Shown: one piece after another, positions 14,005 to 23,047 of the stretch
How positions within the stretch are numbered: the stretch's first letter is position 1
Layout: each line of letters opens with the position of its first letter
Assembly (NCBI GenBank): GCA_041675205.1
Contig: JBAYUF010000003.1
Span: forward strand, 26,172-90,171
From: Patescibacteria group bacterium
GTDB lineage: Bacteria; Patescibacteriota; Patescibacteriia; GWA2-46-9
Length of the DNA: 64,000 nucleotides
Direction: 5' to 3'
The notes under the pieces: generated by a model
Database searches by the model: none
What the model saw: only the letters and a program-made list of their open reading frames with translations
What the model was told of the DNA's origin: nothing
Made by a program: the position numbers and the translations under genes

Positions 14005-15228
14005 ATGAAAAGGTCGTTACCGACAATAACCGATGATGCAAAGCTGGCTGGACGGCGAGTGTTGGTTCGCATCGCCGCCGACGTTCCTCTGGTTGGTAAT
14101 CGGGTGACCGACGATTCGAGATTACGTGAAGCATTGCCGACCGTTGTTCGGTTACTGCGGGCAAATGCGAAAGTTATTCTTCTTGGTCACCTCGGTCGAC
14201 CGAAAGGTCGTGTACAGTCGGCCTTATCGCTTAAGCCAGTGGCAGAGCGACTACGGCAACTTTTACCTTCAGACGTGGGCGACGTTACGTTTGTCAGTAG
14301 TTGGAATCACCCCACGGTTGAAACGGCAGTGCGTCGACTTCGCAATAGAAATATTCTTTTTTTAGAAAATTTGCGCTTTCTCAAAGGCGAGGAAGCAAAT
14401 GATAAAGGCTTGGCCAAGTGGTTAGCGACTCTTGGAGACGTGTATGTGAATGAGTGCATATCAAACTCGCATCGCGCACACGCATCTATTGCCGGCGTGC
14501 CAAAATATATACCTCACTATATCGGCTGGGAGTTTGCGAAAGAACTTAACGCATTGCAGGATGTAGCCGCCAAACCGACACAACCGTTCGTTTTGCTGAT
14601 TGGTGGGGTAAAAGTTGAGGACAAAGTACCAATGCTTGTGCAGCTAGCAGCCGAGGCCAAAGCAATACTCGTTGGTGGCGCGGTGGCGAATACCTGTTTG
14701 CGACTGCGAGGCGTCGGTATTGGAAAATCTGCTTTTCTTTCTCGGCCGCCCCGTGCCTTGAAGTCAGTCTTATTGAAGCGAGTACGGTATGCGGGCGTAC
14801 GGGGTGCATTGTTGCAGGTCCCGCTTGATGTTGTTGTGGCTAAGCGAAGCAATGGTCCGTATCGTTTGGTTCGTTTTGCTCGCGGAGAGACCGTTGCCCC
14901 TACGGAAACCATTTTTGACATTGGACCAGAGACGACACGACTGTATGCGACGTTTATTAAAAAGGCCGAGACGATACTTTGGAACGGTCCGTTGGGTATG
15001 GTTGAAGTGCCCCCCTTTGATCAAGGCACAAAAGCTATTGCCCGGTTAGTCGCCGGTCGCTCTCGAGGATTAGCGTACGGTGTGGTTGGTGGTGGTGACA
15101 CGGTTGGCCTGTTTGATCAGCTTGGTATTCGTGGTGATCTTGATTACTGTTCAACGGCAGGGGGCGCCATGCTGACCTACTTAGCGAACAAACCTCTTCC
15201 GGGCTTAGTGGCTCTTGGAGTAAAGTAA
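14005..15228 (+). CDS. pgk: phosphoglycerate kinase
   Basis: Typical PGK N-terminus (RVLVRIAADVPL...ILLGHLGRPKG) and C-terminal GGGD...TAGGAML motifs. Confidence 0.9.
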   Translation: MKRSLPTITDDAKLAGRRVLVRIAADVPLVGNRVTDDSRLREALPTVVRLLRANAKVILLGHLGRPKGRVQSALSLKPVAERLRQLLPSDVGDVTFVSSWNHPTVETAVRRLRNRNILFLENLRFLKGEEANDKGLAKWLATLGDVYVNECISNSHRAHASIAGVPKYIPHYIGWEFAKELNALQDVAAKPTQPFVLLIGGVKVEDKVPMLVQLAAEAKAILVGGAVANTCLRLRGVGIGKSAFLSRPPRALKSVLLKRVRYAGVRGALLQVPLDVVVAKRSNGPYRLVRFARGETVAPTETIFDIGPETTRLYATFIKKAETILWNGPLGMVEVPPFDQGTKAIARLVAGRSRGLAYGVVGGGDTVGLFDQLGIRGDLDYCSTAGGAMLTYLANKPLPGLVALGVK

Positions 15229-15232
15229 GTCT

Positions 15233-16432
15233 ATGGATATTTTTGGTATTCGGCGACTCTCAGCGCATCCTGTTTTTACCGTGGACCATACTGACGGCGT
15301 TACTGTGGTGGCCGAGACGTTGGTTGGTCACCGTGGCGTCGCCGTAGTTGCGTTGCCGCACCATGTTGCGGTTGACATAGCGAATAGCATAAATAAGACA
15401 TTTCATAATGGGCTCTTGGGTTGTAACGCTACTGACCAGACTGCGGTTGACGATAGACTTACCGCTGTGCGCTCATCTCTGAAACAGACAACGCCACTCT
15501 CGGTTACCAGGGCAATTTCCACAGCCATTGCTCGAGCTGGTGCCAACGCGACTGGCCGTGAATTGGCAGCGCATTTGCGAGAATTTGCGCCATTCGCGGG
15601 ACCGGGTTGGCATGCGCCAACACCTGTCTTTGATGCCTTTGGGCAAGGTGAAGTCGGTGGTTTAGTGACCTTTGCAATTAATCCACGCCCGGCCCGCGGT
15701 GCGCGTCGTTCGATTTCACAACTATTAACCGCCGGTCGTCGTCTGTTTACTTTTTTACCACGATCACTGCACAGTATTGGGCACGTGCCTGTGGTGAGTT
15801 CGACGGGCGGTTGGCATACCCCCGACATTGGGGTACGCGACGCGCTCGATGCCTTGGTGCTCGCTCGACATACGGCTGGCATCGATGAAGCTGATATTCG
15901 TTTTGGTCTGCGGCGAGAACCGCACATATTTTTTGCACCTCATTTGGGCGTTCTGCAATCGGGGAATAACGACCAGCTAGTACTCGATACGGGGGCTTTA
16001 GGGGCGGCGTACGGTGAACTTGCTCGTCGGTATCCACTGGGCATGCTGGAAGACCCATTTCGTACGGACAGTTGGGAGCAGTGGCGAAGCGGTCGACAGC
16101 AGTTACCGAATACACAATTTATGGCTGACCGGGCGGTATCGTTGAGCGACACGGCGTTGGTGGCGGCGGCGACGAGCGATGCAATTCATGGCGTCGTTGT
16201 GAACATGGACTTGGCGCCAACACTTTCTGACGCTGTGCGTTTTGCTGTTCGTGCCAAAGGGGCTGGCCTTGATCGTTTAGTTGCCGCCGCAACTGACAGC
16301 ACTGATCCTGTCGCGGTTGATGTCGCGGTGGCCATTGGCGCTGAGTATATTCGTCTCGGCACCACCAGTCGCTTTGAACATGTTGGTCAGTACAATCGCT
16401 TAAACGAATTGGCGGTGTCACTTGGTTTATGA
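15233..16432 (+). CDS. enolase-like protein, highly divergent with substituted catalytic/metal residues (possible pseudoenzyme)
   Basis: Occupies the enolase position of a gap-pgk-X-gpmI operon. Clear enolase-like blocks (LVLDTGA, GMLEDPFRTDSWEQW, C-terminal YIRLGTTSRFEHVGQYNRLNELAVSLG). However, the SHRSGETED block reads AATDSTDPV, KVNQIG reads VVNMDL, and GDEGG reads SSTGG. GC is higher than the neighbouring genes. Confidence 0.6.
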   Translation: MDIFGIRRLSAHPVFTVDHTDGVTVVAETLVGHRGVAVVALPHHVAVDIANSINKTFHNGLLGCNATDQTAVDDRLTAVRSSLKQTTPLSVTRAISTAIARAGANATGRELAAHLREFAPFAGPGWHAPTPVFDAFGQGEVGGLVTFAINPRPARGARRSISQLLTAGRRLFTFLPRSLHSIGHVPVVSSTGGWHTPDIGVRDALDALVLARHTAGIDEADIRFGLRREPHIFFAPHLGVLQSGNNDQLVLDTGALGAAYGELARRYPLGMLEDPFRTDSWEQWRSGRQQLPNTQFMADRAVSLSDTALVAAATSDAIHGVVVNMDLAPTLSDAVRFAVRAKGAGLDRLVAAATDSTDPVAVDVAVAIGAEYIRLGTTSRFEHVGQYNRLNELAVSLGL

Positions 16433-17955
16433 TTGCTCGACAGCCGTTCGTTTTAGTAATCCTCGATGGGTGGGGTATTGCACCAGCCGGGCCGGGGAAC
16501 GCTATCGCCCTTGCTCATAAGCCAACCTATGATGCGCTTATTGAGCGTTATCCAGCAACGACAGTTACCGCTTCGGGGGACGCAGTTGGTTTGTTACACA
16601 ATGCGGCTGGAAACTCCGAAGCTGGTCACATGAATCTTGGTGGTGGTCGAATTGTGAAGCAGCAAGTGCGTATTATTTCTGACGCTATTGAAGATGGTTC
16701 TTTTTTTACTAATCCAGCGTTTTCTTCCTTGCTTCATCATGTTACAAGCGGCACGCGCCGAGTGCATTTGATGGGATTGTTATCAAGTGACCAAAGCCCG
16801 CATAGCCATCCGTCGCACCTGGTGGCACTCCGACAGTTATGCCGTGATGCGGGTGTTTCCGTTTTTTTTCATCTCTTTACAGATGGCCGCGATTCGTCGC
16901 CGCGCGCCGCAGCAGATTTTTTGAATGCGTTTGACCTGCACCCCAGTGAGCGCATTGCTTCGATTTGTGGGCGAGCGTATGCAATGGATCGTAAGAATGA
17001 TTGGTCGAGAACAGCAGCTGCGTACAACATGCTCGTCGATGGTCGCGGTGCACAGGCCGACAGCGCAGCCTCGGCAATTGCCGCAGCGTACGCGCGCGGT
17101 GAAACAGACGAGTTTATTACGCCGACAGTTATCGACGTCGACGGTTGCGTTCAAGACGGAGATGGGGTGCTGTTTTTTAATTTTCGAGCCGATCGGGCTC
17201 GACAATTAACAAAAGCGTTTGTGCAACCTGACTTTGAAGTAAAAAACCAGCCGGCCTTTGCCCGACGTCTACTTGCCAACCTGGCGTTCGTTACGCTGAC
17301 TGATTATGGCCCTGAACTGACGAAGGTGAAGTTTGGTTATCCTGAAATCACCGTGGCCGAGAGTTTGCCTTTTGCGCTGCAGTTACTACGGCAGTGTTAT
17401 ATTGGAGAGAGTGAAAAATTTGCCCACGTGACCTACTTTTTTAATGGTGGCCATGCTGGCCCGGTTGCTGGTGAAGAGCGTATTCGCATTTCTTCGCCTG
17501 ACGTCTTGCATTACGATACAGCGCCAGATATGGCTGCGGTAGAAATTACCGACGCAGTTTTGTCATCAATCGCTACAGAAAAAACTGAGTTCATTGTTGT
17601 TAATTTTGCGAACGCCGATATGCTGGGGCATACGGAAAACATAGCCGCGGCGGTGCGTGGGGTGGAATGTATTGATCGGTGTCTCGGGAGAATAGTGAAC
17701 GCTGCTTTAAAAAAACACGGAACAGTTCTTATTACCGCTGACCATGGTAATGCTGAAATCATGCGCACTCCTGACGGTCAACCATTCACCGAACATACCA
17801 CTTCGCCAGTACCTTGCATTGTCGTGAGTGAGCAGCTGCGAGCGAATCGCCAATCACTTCGGCCTGGCATTCTCGCTGATATTGCGCCGACAGTTCTTGA
17901 GCTTCTGCGCCTACCTAAGCCAGAGGGCATGACCGGTACGTCGCTTATTAGCTAA
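16429..17955 (+). CDS. gpmI: 2,3-bisphosphoglycerate-independent phosphoglycerate mutase
   Basis: VLVILDGWG...SGDAVGL...SEAGHMNLG... iPGM motifs; ATGA overlap with upstream gene. Confidence 0.9.
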   Translation: MIARQPFVLVILDGWGIAPAGPGNAIALAHKPTYDALIERYPATTVTASGDAVGLLHNAAGNSEAGHMNLGGGRIVKQQVRIISDAIEDGSFFTNPAFSSLLHHVTSGTRRVHLMGLLSSDQSPHSHPSHLVALRQLCRDAGVSVFFHLFTDGRDSSPRAAADFLNAFDLHPSERIASICGRAYAMDRKNDWSRTAAAYNMLVDGRGAQADSAASAIAAAYARGETDEFITPTVIDVDGCVQDGDGVLFFNFRADRARQLTKAFVQPDFEVKNQPAFARRLLANLAFVTLTDYGPELTKVKFGYPEITVAESLPFALQLLRQCYIGESEKFAHVTYFFNGGHAGPVAGEERIRISSPDVLHYDTAPDMAAVEITDAVLSSIATEKTEFIVVNFANADMLGHTENIAAAVRGVECIDRCLGRIVNAALKKHGTVLITADHGNAEIMRTPDGQPFTEHTTSPVPCIVVSEQLRANRQSLRPGILADIAPTVLELLRLPKPEGMTGTSLIS

Positions 17956-17958
17956 CCC

Positions 17959-18813
17959 ATGCCTGAACTTCCTGAGGTTGAAACGCTTCGTTGCGATCTG
18001 TCACGACGGATTATCGGCGAAGTAATTGAGAGTGTTTCTGTCGGTAATAGGAAAATGGTTTCGCCAGCCAAATCTTTCTCCCGCTTACTGAAAGGTCAGC
18101 GTATTACGGCGGTCAACCGGCGCGGTAAGCTGCTCATACTAGACGTAGCGAGTGGGTTGCGGCTGCATGTACATTTGAAAATGACCGGTCAGTTGGTGTA
18201 TCGCAGAGGACGGGTGCTCGTTGTTGGCGGACATGCCATTCTCGGCGCGACAGCGGTTCCGAATTCGTATACCCAGTTACTGTTTCGGTTTCGGAATAAG
18301 GGCGAGCTCTATTTTAATGACCAGCGGCAGTTCGGGTATGCAAAAATACTCACCCTAGCCGCCTCTGACGAGGTAGTACAACGTTTTGGCCCTGAACCGC
18401 TAGCCAAAAATTTCACCCGAGCGCGTTTGACGTCGCAGCTTGCAAGACGTTCTCGTACGTCACTTAAAGCTGCCCTTTTAGATCAATCGGTTCTGGCTGG
18501 TGTTGGAAATATTTATGCGGACGAAATATGCTTTCGAGCGGGTCTTCGACCCGAACGTCAAGTCCAGTCACTAACGCAGAACGACCAGCAGCGCTTGTGG
18601 CGTAGCATTCGTGCAATTCTTCAGCGCAGCGTTCGACTACGGGGGACAATGCGAAGTACGTATCGGAGAGATGATGCTCGTGATGGGCGATATTGGCCAT
18701 ACATCGCAGTGTATGGCCGAGGCGGAAAACCGTGTCGAAATTGTGGCACCCCACTTGAACGGTTTCGAGTGGCCGGTAGGGGAACCGTGTGCTGCCCGAT
18801 ATGCCAGCGATGA
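17959..18813 (+). CDS. mutM: formamidopyrimidine-DNA glycosylase
   Basis: MPELPEVE N-terminus and C-terminal CRNCGTPL...CCPICQ zinc finger. Confidence 0.85.
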   Translation: MPELPEVETLRCDLSRRIIGEVIESVSVGNRKMVSPAKSFSRLLKGQRITAVNRRGKLLILDVASGLRLHVHLKMTGQLVYRRGRVLVVGGHAILGATAVPNSYTQLLFRFRNKGELYFNDQRQFGYAKILTLAASDEVVQRFGPEPLAKNFTRARLTSQLARRSRTSLKAALLDQSVLAGVGNIYADEICFRAGLRPERQVQSLTQNDQQRLWRSIRAILQRSVRLRGTMRSTYRRDDARDGRYWPYIAVYGRGGKPCRNCGTPLERFRVAGRGTVCCPICQR

Positions 18814-18835
18814 GTGGGTGTGATAGGATAGGGCA

Positions 18836-19522
18836 ATGAAGACAAATAAAGTTGCGATTTTTGATATTGACGGAACAATTTTTCGTTCCAGTCTTCTGAT
18901 TGAGTTTAACAAAGGATTGGTTCGGGCTGGCGTATTGCCACAAAAATCGACGGTAGAAATTCTTGACGCGTATGAAGCGTGGGTTGAACGACGCGGCTCC
19001 TATGACGACTATATCAGCCAGGTGGTCGCCATGCATGCCCGATATATACGCGGGACCGAGCAGCGATATGTCGCCGCTGTTGCTGATCTTGTTTTTTTGC
19101 GTCATCGAAATCGCGTGTACCGCTATACACGGGATTTAGTGCACAGGCTGGCGCCAACGCACTCGCTTTTGGCTATCTCGGGTTCACCCGCAGAAATGGT
19201 GCAACCTTTCGGTCACTACTTTGGCTTTGATAAAACATGGGGCACTGTTTATGAAGTTGATACGGCTGGTCGATATACCGGTCAGGTTTTGGATCGTCGT
19301 TCAGTAGACGATAAGGAAAAGATTTTGAGGGAATACTTAGCGGAGGCTGGTTTATCGCTCGATGATTCTTGGGGCGTGGGAGACACTGAAACCGACGTGA
19401 GTTTCTTGTCTGTTGTTACCCATCCGATTGCTTTTAATCCTACGTCAGGATTACGTGAACAGGCGAAGTCTCATTCGTGGCCAGTGATTGTGGAGCGGAA
19501 AGACGTTATTTATGAGATTTAA
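18836..19522 (+). CDS. HAD-superfamily hydrolase
   Basis: VAIFDIDGTIF motif I and GVGDTETD motif IV. Confidence 0.6.
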   Translation: MKTNKVAIFDIDGTIFRSSLLIEFNKGLVRAGVLPQKSTVEILDAYEAWVERRGSYDDYISQVVAMHARYIRGTEQRYVAAVADLVFLRHRNRVYRYTRDLVHRLAPTHSLLAISGSPAEMVQPFGHYFGFDKTWGTVYEVDTAGRYTGQVLDRRSVDDKEKILREYLAEAGLSLDDSWGVGDTETDVSFLSVVTHPIAFNPTSGLREQAKSHSWPVIVERKDVIYEI

Positions 19523-19569
19523 ACTGAACCGTTGACGGAAGACCACAATTTCGTTACTTTCTACTCACT

Positions 19570-20133
19570 ATGAGCGAAATAAAACCCTGGAAAATTTTGC
19601 AGTCAGACTACGTTGTTGAGAATGAAAAGTATCGATTACGCAAAGACATTTGTCAGGTACCCGATGGCACTATTATTCAAGATTATTTTGTTCGCGAAGA
19701 GCCGGACGCGGTTATTATGTGTTGCGTCACGAAAGACAATAACGTTGTGCTCGTCCGACAGTATCGTCATGGTCTTGGTGCCACGACGTTAGAGTTTCCC
19801 GGCGGATATATTAGTCGGCATGATATCAATGCTGTTGAGGCCATGCGACGCGAGTTGATGGAGGAAACAGGTTTTTCTGTTGATCGTGTCGAGCCGCTTG
19901 GCACATTTATATTGGCGCCGTCAACGGCCGCGGCTAAAGTGACGGTGTATTTAGGAACTGACGGAGAACGTATTACTGCGCCGCAGTATATTCCGGATGA
20001 ACATACCGAGGTAGAGCTGGTAACGGTCGCCGCACTGCCCGAGTTACTTAAGAACCCGGATTTTGTGAGTATGGTACACGTTGCAGCGTTATCACTAGCG
20101 CTCAGCGCGCTCGGCGGTCACGACAAACAGTAA
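19570..20133 (+). CDS. NUDIX hydrolase (ADP-ribose pyrophosphatase-like)
   Basis: Nudix box EFPGGYISRHDINAVEAMRRELMEETGF. Confidence 0.7.
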   Translation: MSEIKPWKILQSDYVVENEKYRLRKDICQVPDGTIIQDYFVREEPDAVIMCCVTKDNNVVLVRQYRHGLGATTLEFPGGYISRHDINAVEAMRRELMEETGFSVDRVEPLGTFILAPSTAAAKVTVYLGTDGERITAPQYIPDEHTEVELVTVAALPELLKNPDFVSMVHVAALSLALSALGGHDKQ

Positions 20134-20135
20134 CC

Positions 20136-21173
20136 ATGAAGACGGCTCGGTCTTTTTCTTTATTTTTTCTTGCGGTAGGCGCATTGGTATTTGCGCTTCT
20201 TTTGTATCTCGGTAACTTTACTAATACGTTGTTGCGTCCAGCGGGGAATGGTGAAGCGACAGTTATGGTCGCAATTCCCTCGGGCAGTAGTTTGAGAACA
20301 ATTAGCGATACACTGGCACGGTCAGGTGTTGTTACCAATCCACGTGCTTTTCAAGTCTATGTGTGGCTACGTGGTTGGTCGAAATCAATTAAAGCAGGGG
20401 AGTACGAACTACCACGAAACCTTAATGTACGGGAACTTGCCTACGTGCTTCTCGATGGTAACCCAACGTTCAATGAGCGAACCATCACGGTGATTGAAGG
20501 ATGGACGGTCAGTGAGGTAGCGCACTACTTGGCGACGCAAGGGGTCGTTAATGAGGACGATTTTTTAAAAGCGGTGAATCGCCAAGCGGCGCACGCCACC
20601 GTGTCTGTTATGTCGGACAAACCGGCCAGTGCTTCACTTGAAGGCTATCTTTTTCCAGATAGTTATCGAATTTATAAAGGGGCAAGTGCAGACGAGGTAA
20701 TTGCTAAGATGCTCAGCACGCTAGATCAAAAGTTCACGTCTGAAATGCGCGAAGCGGTTGCGGCTCGTGGCGGCACGGTATATGAAACGTTAATTTTGGC
20801 GAGTATTTTAGAACGAGAAATAAAACATCAGGAAGATTTACCACGCGCGGCCGGAGTGTTTATGAACCGGCTAGCCGCCGGTGAATTATTACAATCAGAC
20901 GCGACGCTTAACTATGTGTTGCCTGAGAACGAACGTTCCGAGCGCCTAAGCCTCGAGCAAGTTGGGGCGACGTCTCCGTATAATACCTATCGTAATCCCG
21001 GATTGCCACCAACACCCATTAGCAATCCAGGTCTTGCCGCTATTCGGGCCGCCGTGTATCCCGCCACAACAAAAGAGTGGTACTTTTTGACAGACAAATC
21101 AGGGGTAACGCATTTTGCTGAAACATACGCTGAGCACCTAGCAAATAAGCGTCAGTATTTTAACGGACAGTAA
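20136..21173 (+). CDS. mltG: endolytic murein transglycosylase MltG (YceG-like)
   Basis: N-terminal TM, YceG-like core (KAGEYELPRNLNVRELAYVLLDG ... GLPPTPISNPG). Confidence 0.8.
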   Translation: MKTARSFSLFFLAVGALVFALLLYLGNFTNTLLRPAGNGEATVMVAIPSGSSLRTISDTLARSGVVTNPRAFQVYVWLRGWSKSIKAGEYELPRNLNVRELAYVLLDGNPTFNERTITVIEGWTVSEVAHYLATQGVVNEDDFLKAVNRQAAHATVSVMSDKPASASLEGYLFPDSYRIYKGASADEVIAKMLSTLDQKFTSEMREAVAARGGTVYETLILASILEREIKHQEDLPRAAGVFMNRLAAGELLQSDATLNYVLPENERSERLSLEQVGATSPYNTYRNPGLPPTPISNPGLAAIRAAVYPATTKEWYFLTDKSGVTHFAETYAEHLANKRQYFNGQ

Positions 21174-21178
21174 GCACT

Positions 21179-21856
21179 ATGAATAACTGGAGTGTCATTT
21201 CTCTTGGTGGTTCGATTATAGTTCCAGATGCTATTTCGGTTAGCTTCCTTCGACGGTTTCGCACATTACTCTTGTCATTTCCGAGTCGTCGATTCGCTAT
21301 AATTTGTGGCGGTGGTAATACCAATCGGATCTATAACGCAGCCGCGAAAGCAATAGGTAAACCAACTGACGACGACCTTGATTGGATTGGGATTCGGTCA
21401 TTAACGTTGAATGCCGAATTGCTGCGGTCAGCCTTTGGTTCACAAGCGTATGCAAGCGTAATCGCGAATCCAGCGGACTTGAAGCAACTGCCGAAAGAGC
21501 GAATTATCATCGGCGCGGCGTATAAGCCAGGTTGTTCGTCTGATCTTGATGCCGTGCTGTGGGCCAAGCGACTTCAGTCGAAGCTGGTTTTGAACCTTTC
21601 TAACATCACGCATGTCTATAGTGCTGATCCGAAACGCGATAAGTCGGCCGTACCGCTGTCAAAACTTTCTTGGCCGGCGTACCGTCGCATTGTGGGAAAC
21701 CATTGGACGCCACGCCTTAATTCGCCATTTGATCCAAAAGCCGCCGCCTTAGCAGAGAAACTGGGTATAGCGGCCAATATTATGGATGGCCGAAAGCTAG
21801 TAAACGTGCGTCGCGCTATACAAGGCAAATCTTTCGTTGGTACTCGTTTGGGGTAG
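21179..21856 (+). CDS. pyrH: UMP kinase
   Basis: Amino-acid-kinase fold: ISLGGS, ICGGGNTNR (GGGN) and YSADPKRDKSA blocks align with PyrH. Confidence 0.65.
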   Translation: MNNWSVISLGGSIIVPDAISVSFLRRFRTLLLSFPSRRFAIICGGGNTNRIYNAAAKAIGKPTDDDLDWIGIRSLTLNAELLRSAFGSQAYASVIANPADLKQLPKERIIIGAAYKPGCSSDLDAVLWAKRLQSKLVLNLSNITHVYSADPKRDKSAVPLSKLSWPAYRRIVGNHWTPRLNSPFDPKAAALAEKLGIAANIMDGRKLVNVRRAIQGKSFVGTRLG

Positions 21857-22014
21857 TATATTGACAGTTTTCACAGCGTCATCTATTCTAGCTCAGTAGC
21901 CAGAGACCGTAGGTATCCATCAAGGATTTAAGCCGATAAGGGCCTACCGAGGCAGATCCGTACGAACTGTACGGCACCTCAGCAGCGGCTAATCCGTTGT
22001 TTTTTTATACCATT
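21857..22014 (+). promoter_or_regulatory. possible rplJ leader (L10(L12)4 autoregulatory region)
   Basis: 158-nt untranslated, hairpin-rich region between pyrH and rplJ in the position of the conserved L10 leader; homology not verifiable by eye. Confidence 0.3.
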
Positions 22015-22548
22015 ATGCCAAAAACACGAGAAAAAAAGCACGAAGAAATTGAAGCTTTAGTTGCCGAAGCGCAAAAGGCCAAGGGTGTTGTATTTGCAAA
22101 CTTTGCCGGTCTGACTGTCGGCGAGGTGAGCGCGCTACGACGAGAGTGCCAAGTTAAGGGCGTTACGTATCTCGTTGCTAAAAAGACGCTCCTCAAAAGG
22201 GCTTTCGAAGCGGTTGGCATAACGGCTGATCCAAAACAAATTCAGGGTAACGTTGCCGTGATTTTTGGTTCCGAGGATGAGCTTGCCCCAGCAAAAGTTA
22301 TTAGCGGTTTTGCGAAGACGCACGATAAGCTTCAGTTTTCTGGTGGTCTGATGTCGACGCCAAGTGGCTGGCATCTTTTGTCAGTTGCCGACGTAAAAGG
22401 TTTGGCCATGTTGCCAAGCAAAGAAGAGCTTATTGCTAAGCTGGTTGGTTCACTGGCGGCGCCATTACGTGGCACCTTGGGTGTTTTGTCTGGTCCTAGC
22501 CGGTCACTCGTGCAAGTGCTTTCGGCAATTGCGCAGACCAAATCATAA
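22015..22548 (+). CDS. rplJ: 50S ribosomal protein L10
   Basis: MPKTREKKHEEIEALVAEAQKAKGVVFANFAGLTV...; start at ATG 22015. Confidence 0.85.
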   Translation: MPKTREKKHEEIEALVAEAQKAKGVVFANFAGLTVGEVSALRRECQVKGVTYLVAKKTLLKRAFEAVGITADPKQIQGNVAVIFGSEDELAPAKVISGFAKTHDKLQFSGGLMSTPSGWHLLSVADVKGLAMLPSKEELIAKLVGSLAAPLRGTLGVLSGPSRSLVQVLSAIAQTKS

Positions 22549-22581
22549 TTTGTCATTACTTTATTTACTTTCTGTAAAAAT

Positions 22582-22998
22582 ATGTCTGAAGAAACCGCAA
22601 AGGATTCAGAGGTCGAAGTTCCCGCGAAGTTTAAAGAGTTCGTAGAAACGATTTCCGGTATGTCGGTTATCGACCTTGCGGAACTCGTGAAGATTTTAGA
22701 GAAGAAGTTCGGTGTGTCTTCGGCTGCCCCAATGATGATGGCGGGTGCGGCTGCTCCCGCTGCAGCTGACGCTGGGGATGATGCACCAGCAACGGTAAAC
22801 ATTGAACTCACTGAAGCTGGTACGAACAAAATCGGCGTTATTAAAGTGGTTCGAGAGATTACAGAGAAGGGCCTCAAGGAGGCAAAGGACCTCGTTGATG
22901 GTGCGCCACAGATTGTTAAGGAAGGTGTGCCGAAGGCTGAAGCCGACGTTATTAAGAAGAAAATTGAAGAGGCAGGCGGTAAGGTTACGTACAAGTAA
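22582..22998 (+). CDS. rplL: 50S ribosomal protein L7/L12
   Basis: Ala/Gly hinge, C-terminal [27 protein letters not shown]...EAGGKV. Confidence 0.9.
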   Translation: MSEETAKDSEVEVPAKFKEFVETISGMSVIDLAELVKILEKKFGVSSAAPMMMAGAAAPAAADAGDDAPATVNIELTEAGTNKIGVIKVVREITEKGLKEAKDLVDGAPQIVKEGVPKAEADVIKKKIEEAGGKVTYK

Positions 22999-23011
22999 AA
23001 GGATTTTTCCA

Positions 23012-23047
23012 ATAAAAAGAACCCCGACTTGTCGGGGTTCTTTTTAT
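23012..23047. terminator. bidirectional intrinsic terminator (after rplL and after the convergent 23047-25185 gene)
   Basis: GAACCCCGAC-TT-GTCGGGGTTC stem flanked by AAAAA on the left and TTTTT on the right. Confidence 0.75.

Noticed and set aside
15403-16421. Several minus-strand ORFs (15403-15927, 15747-16115, 16119-16421) antisense to the enolase-like gene
   Set aside because: GC-driven open frames. The sense frame carries the enolase-family blocks and fits the operon with ATGA coupling to gpmI.
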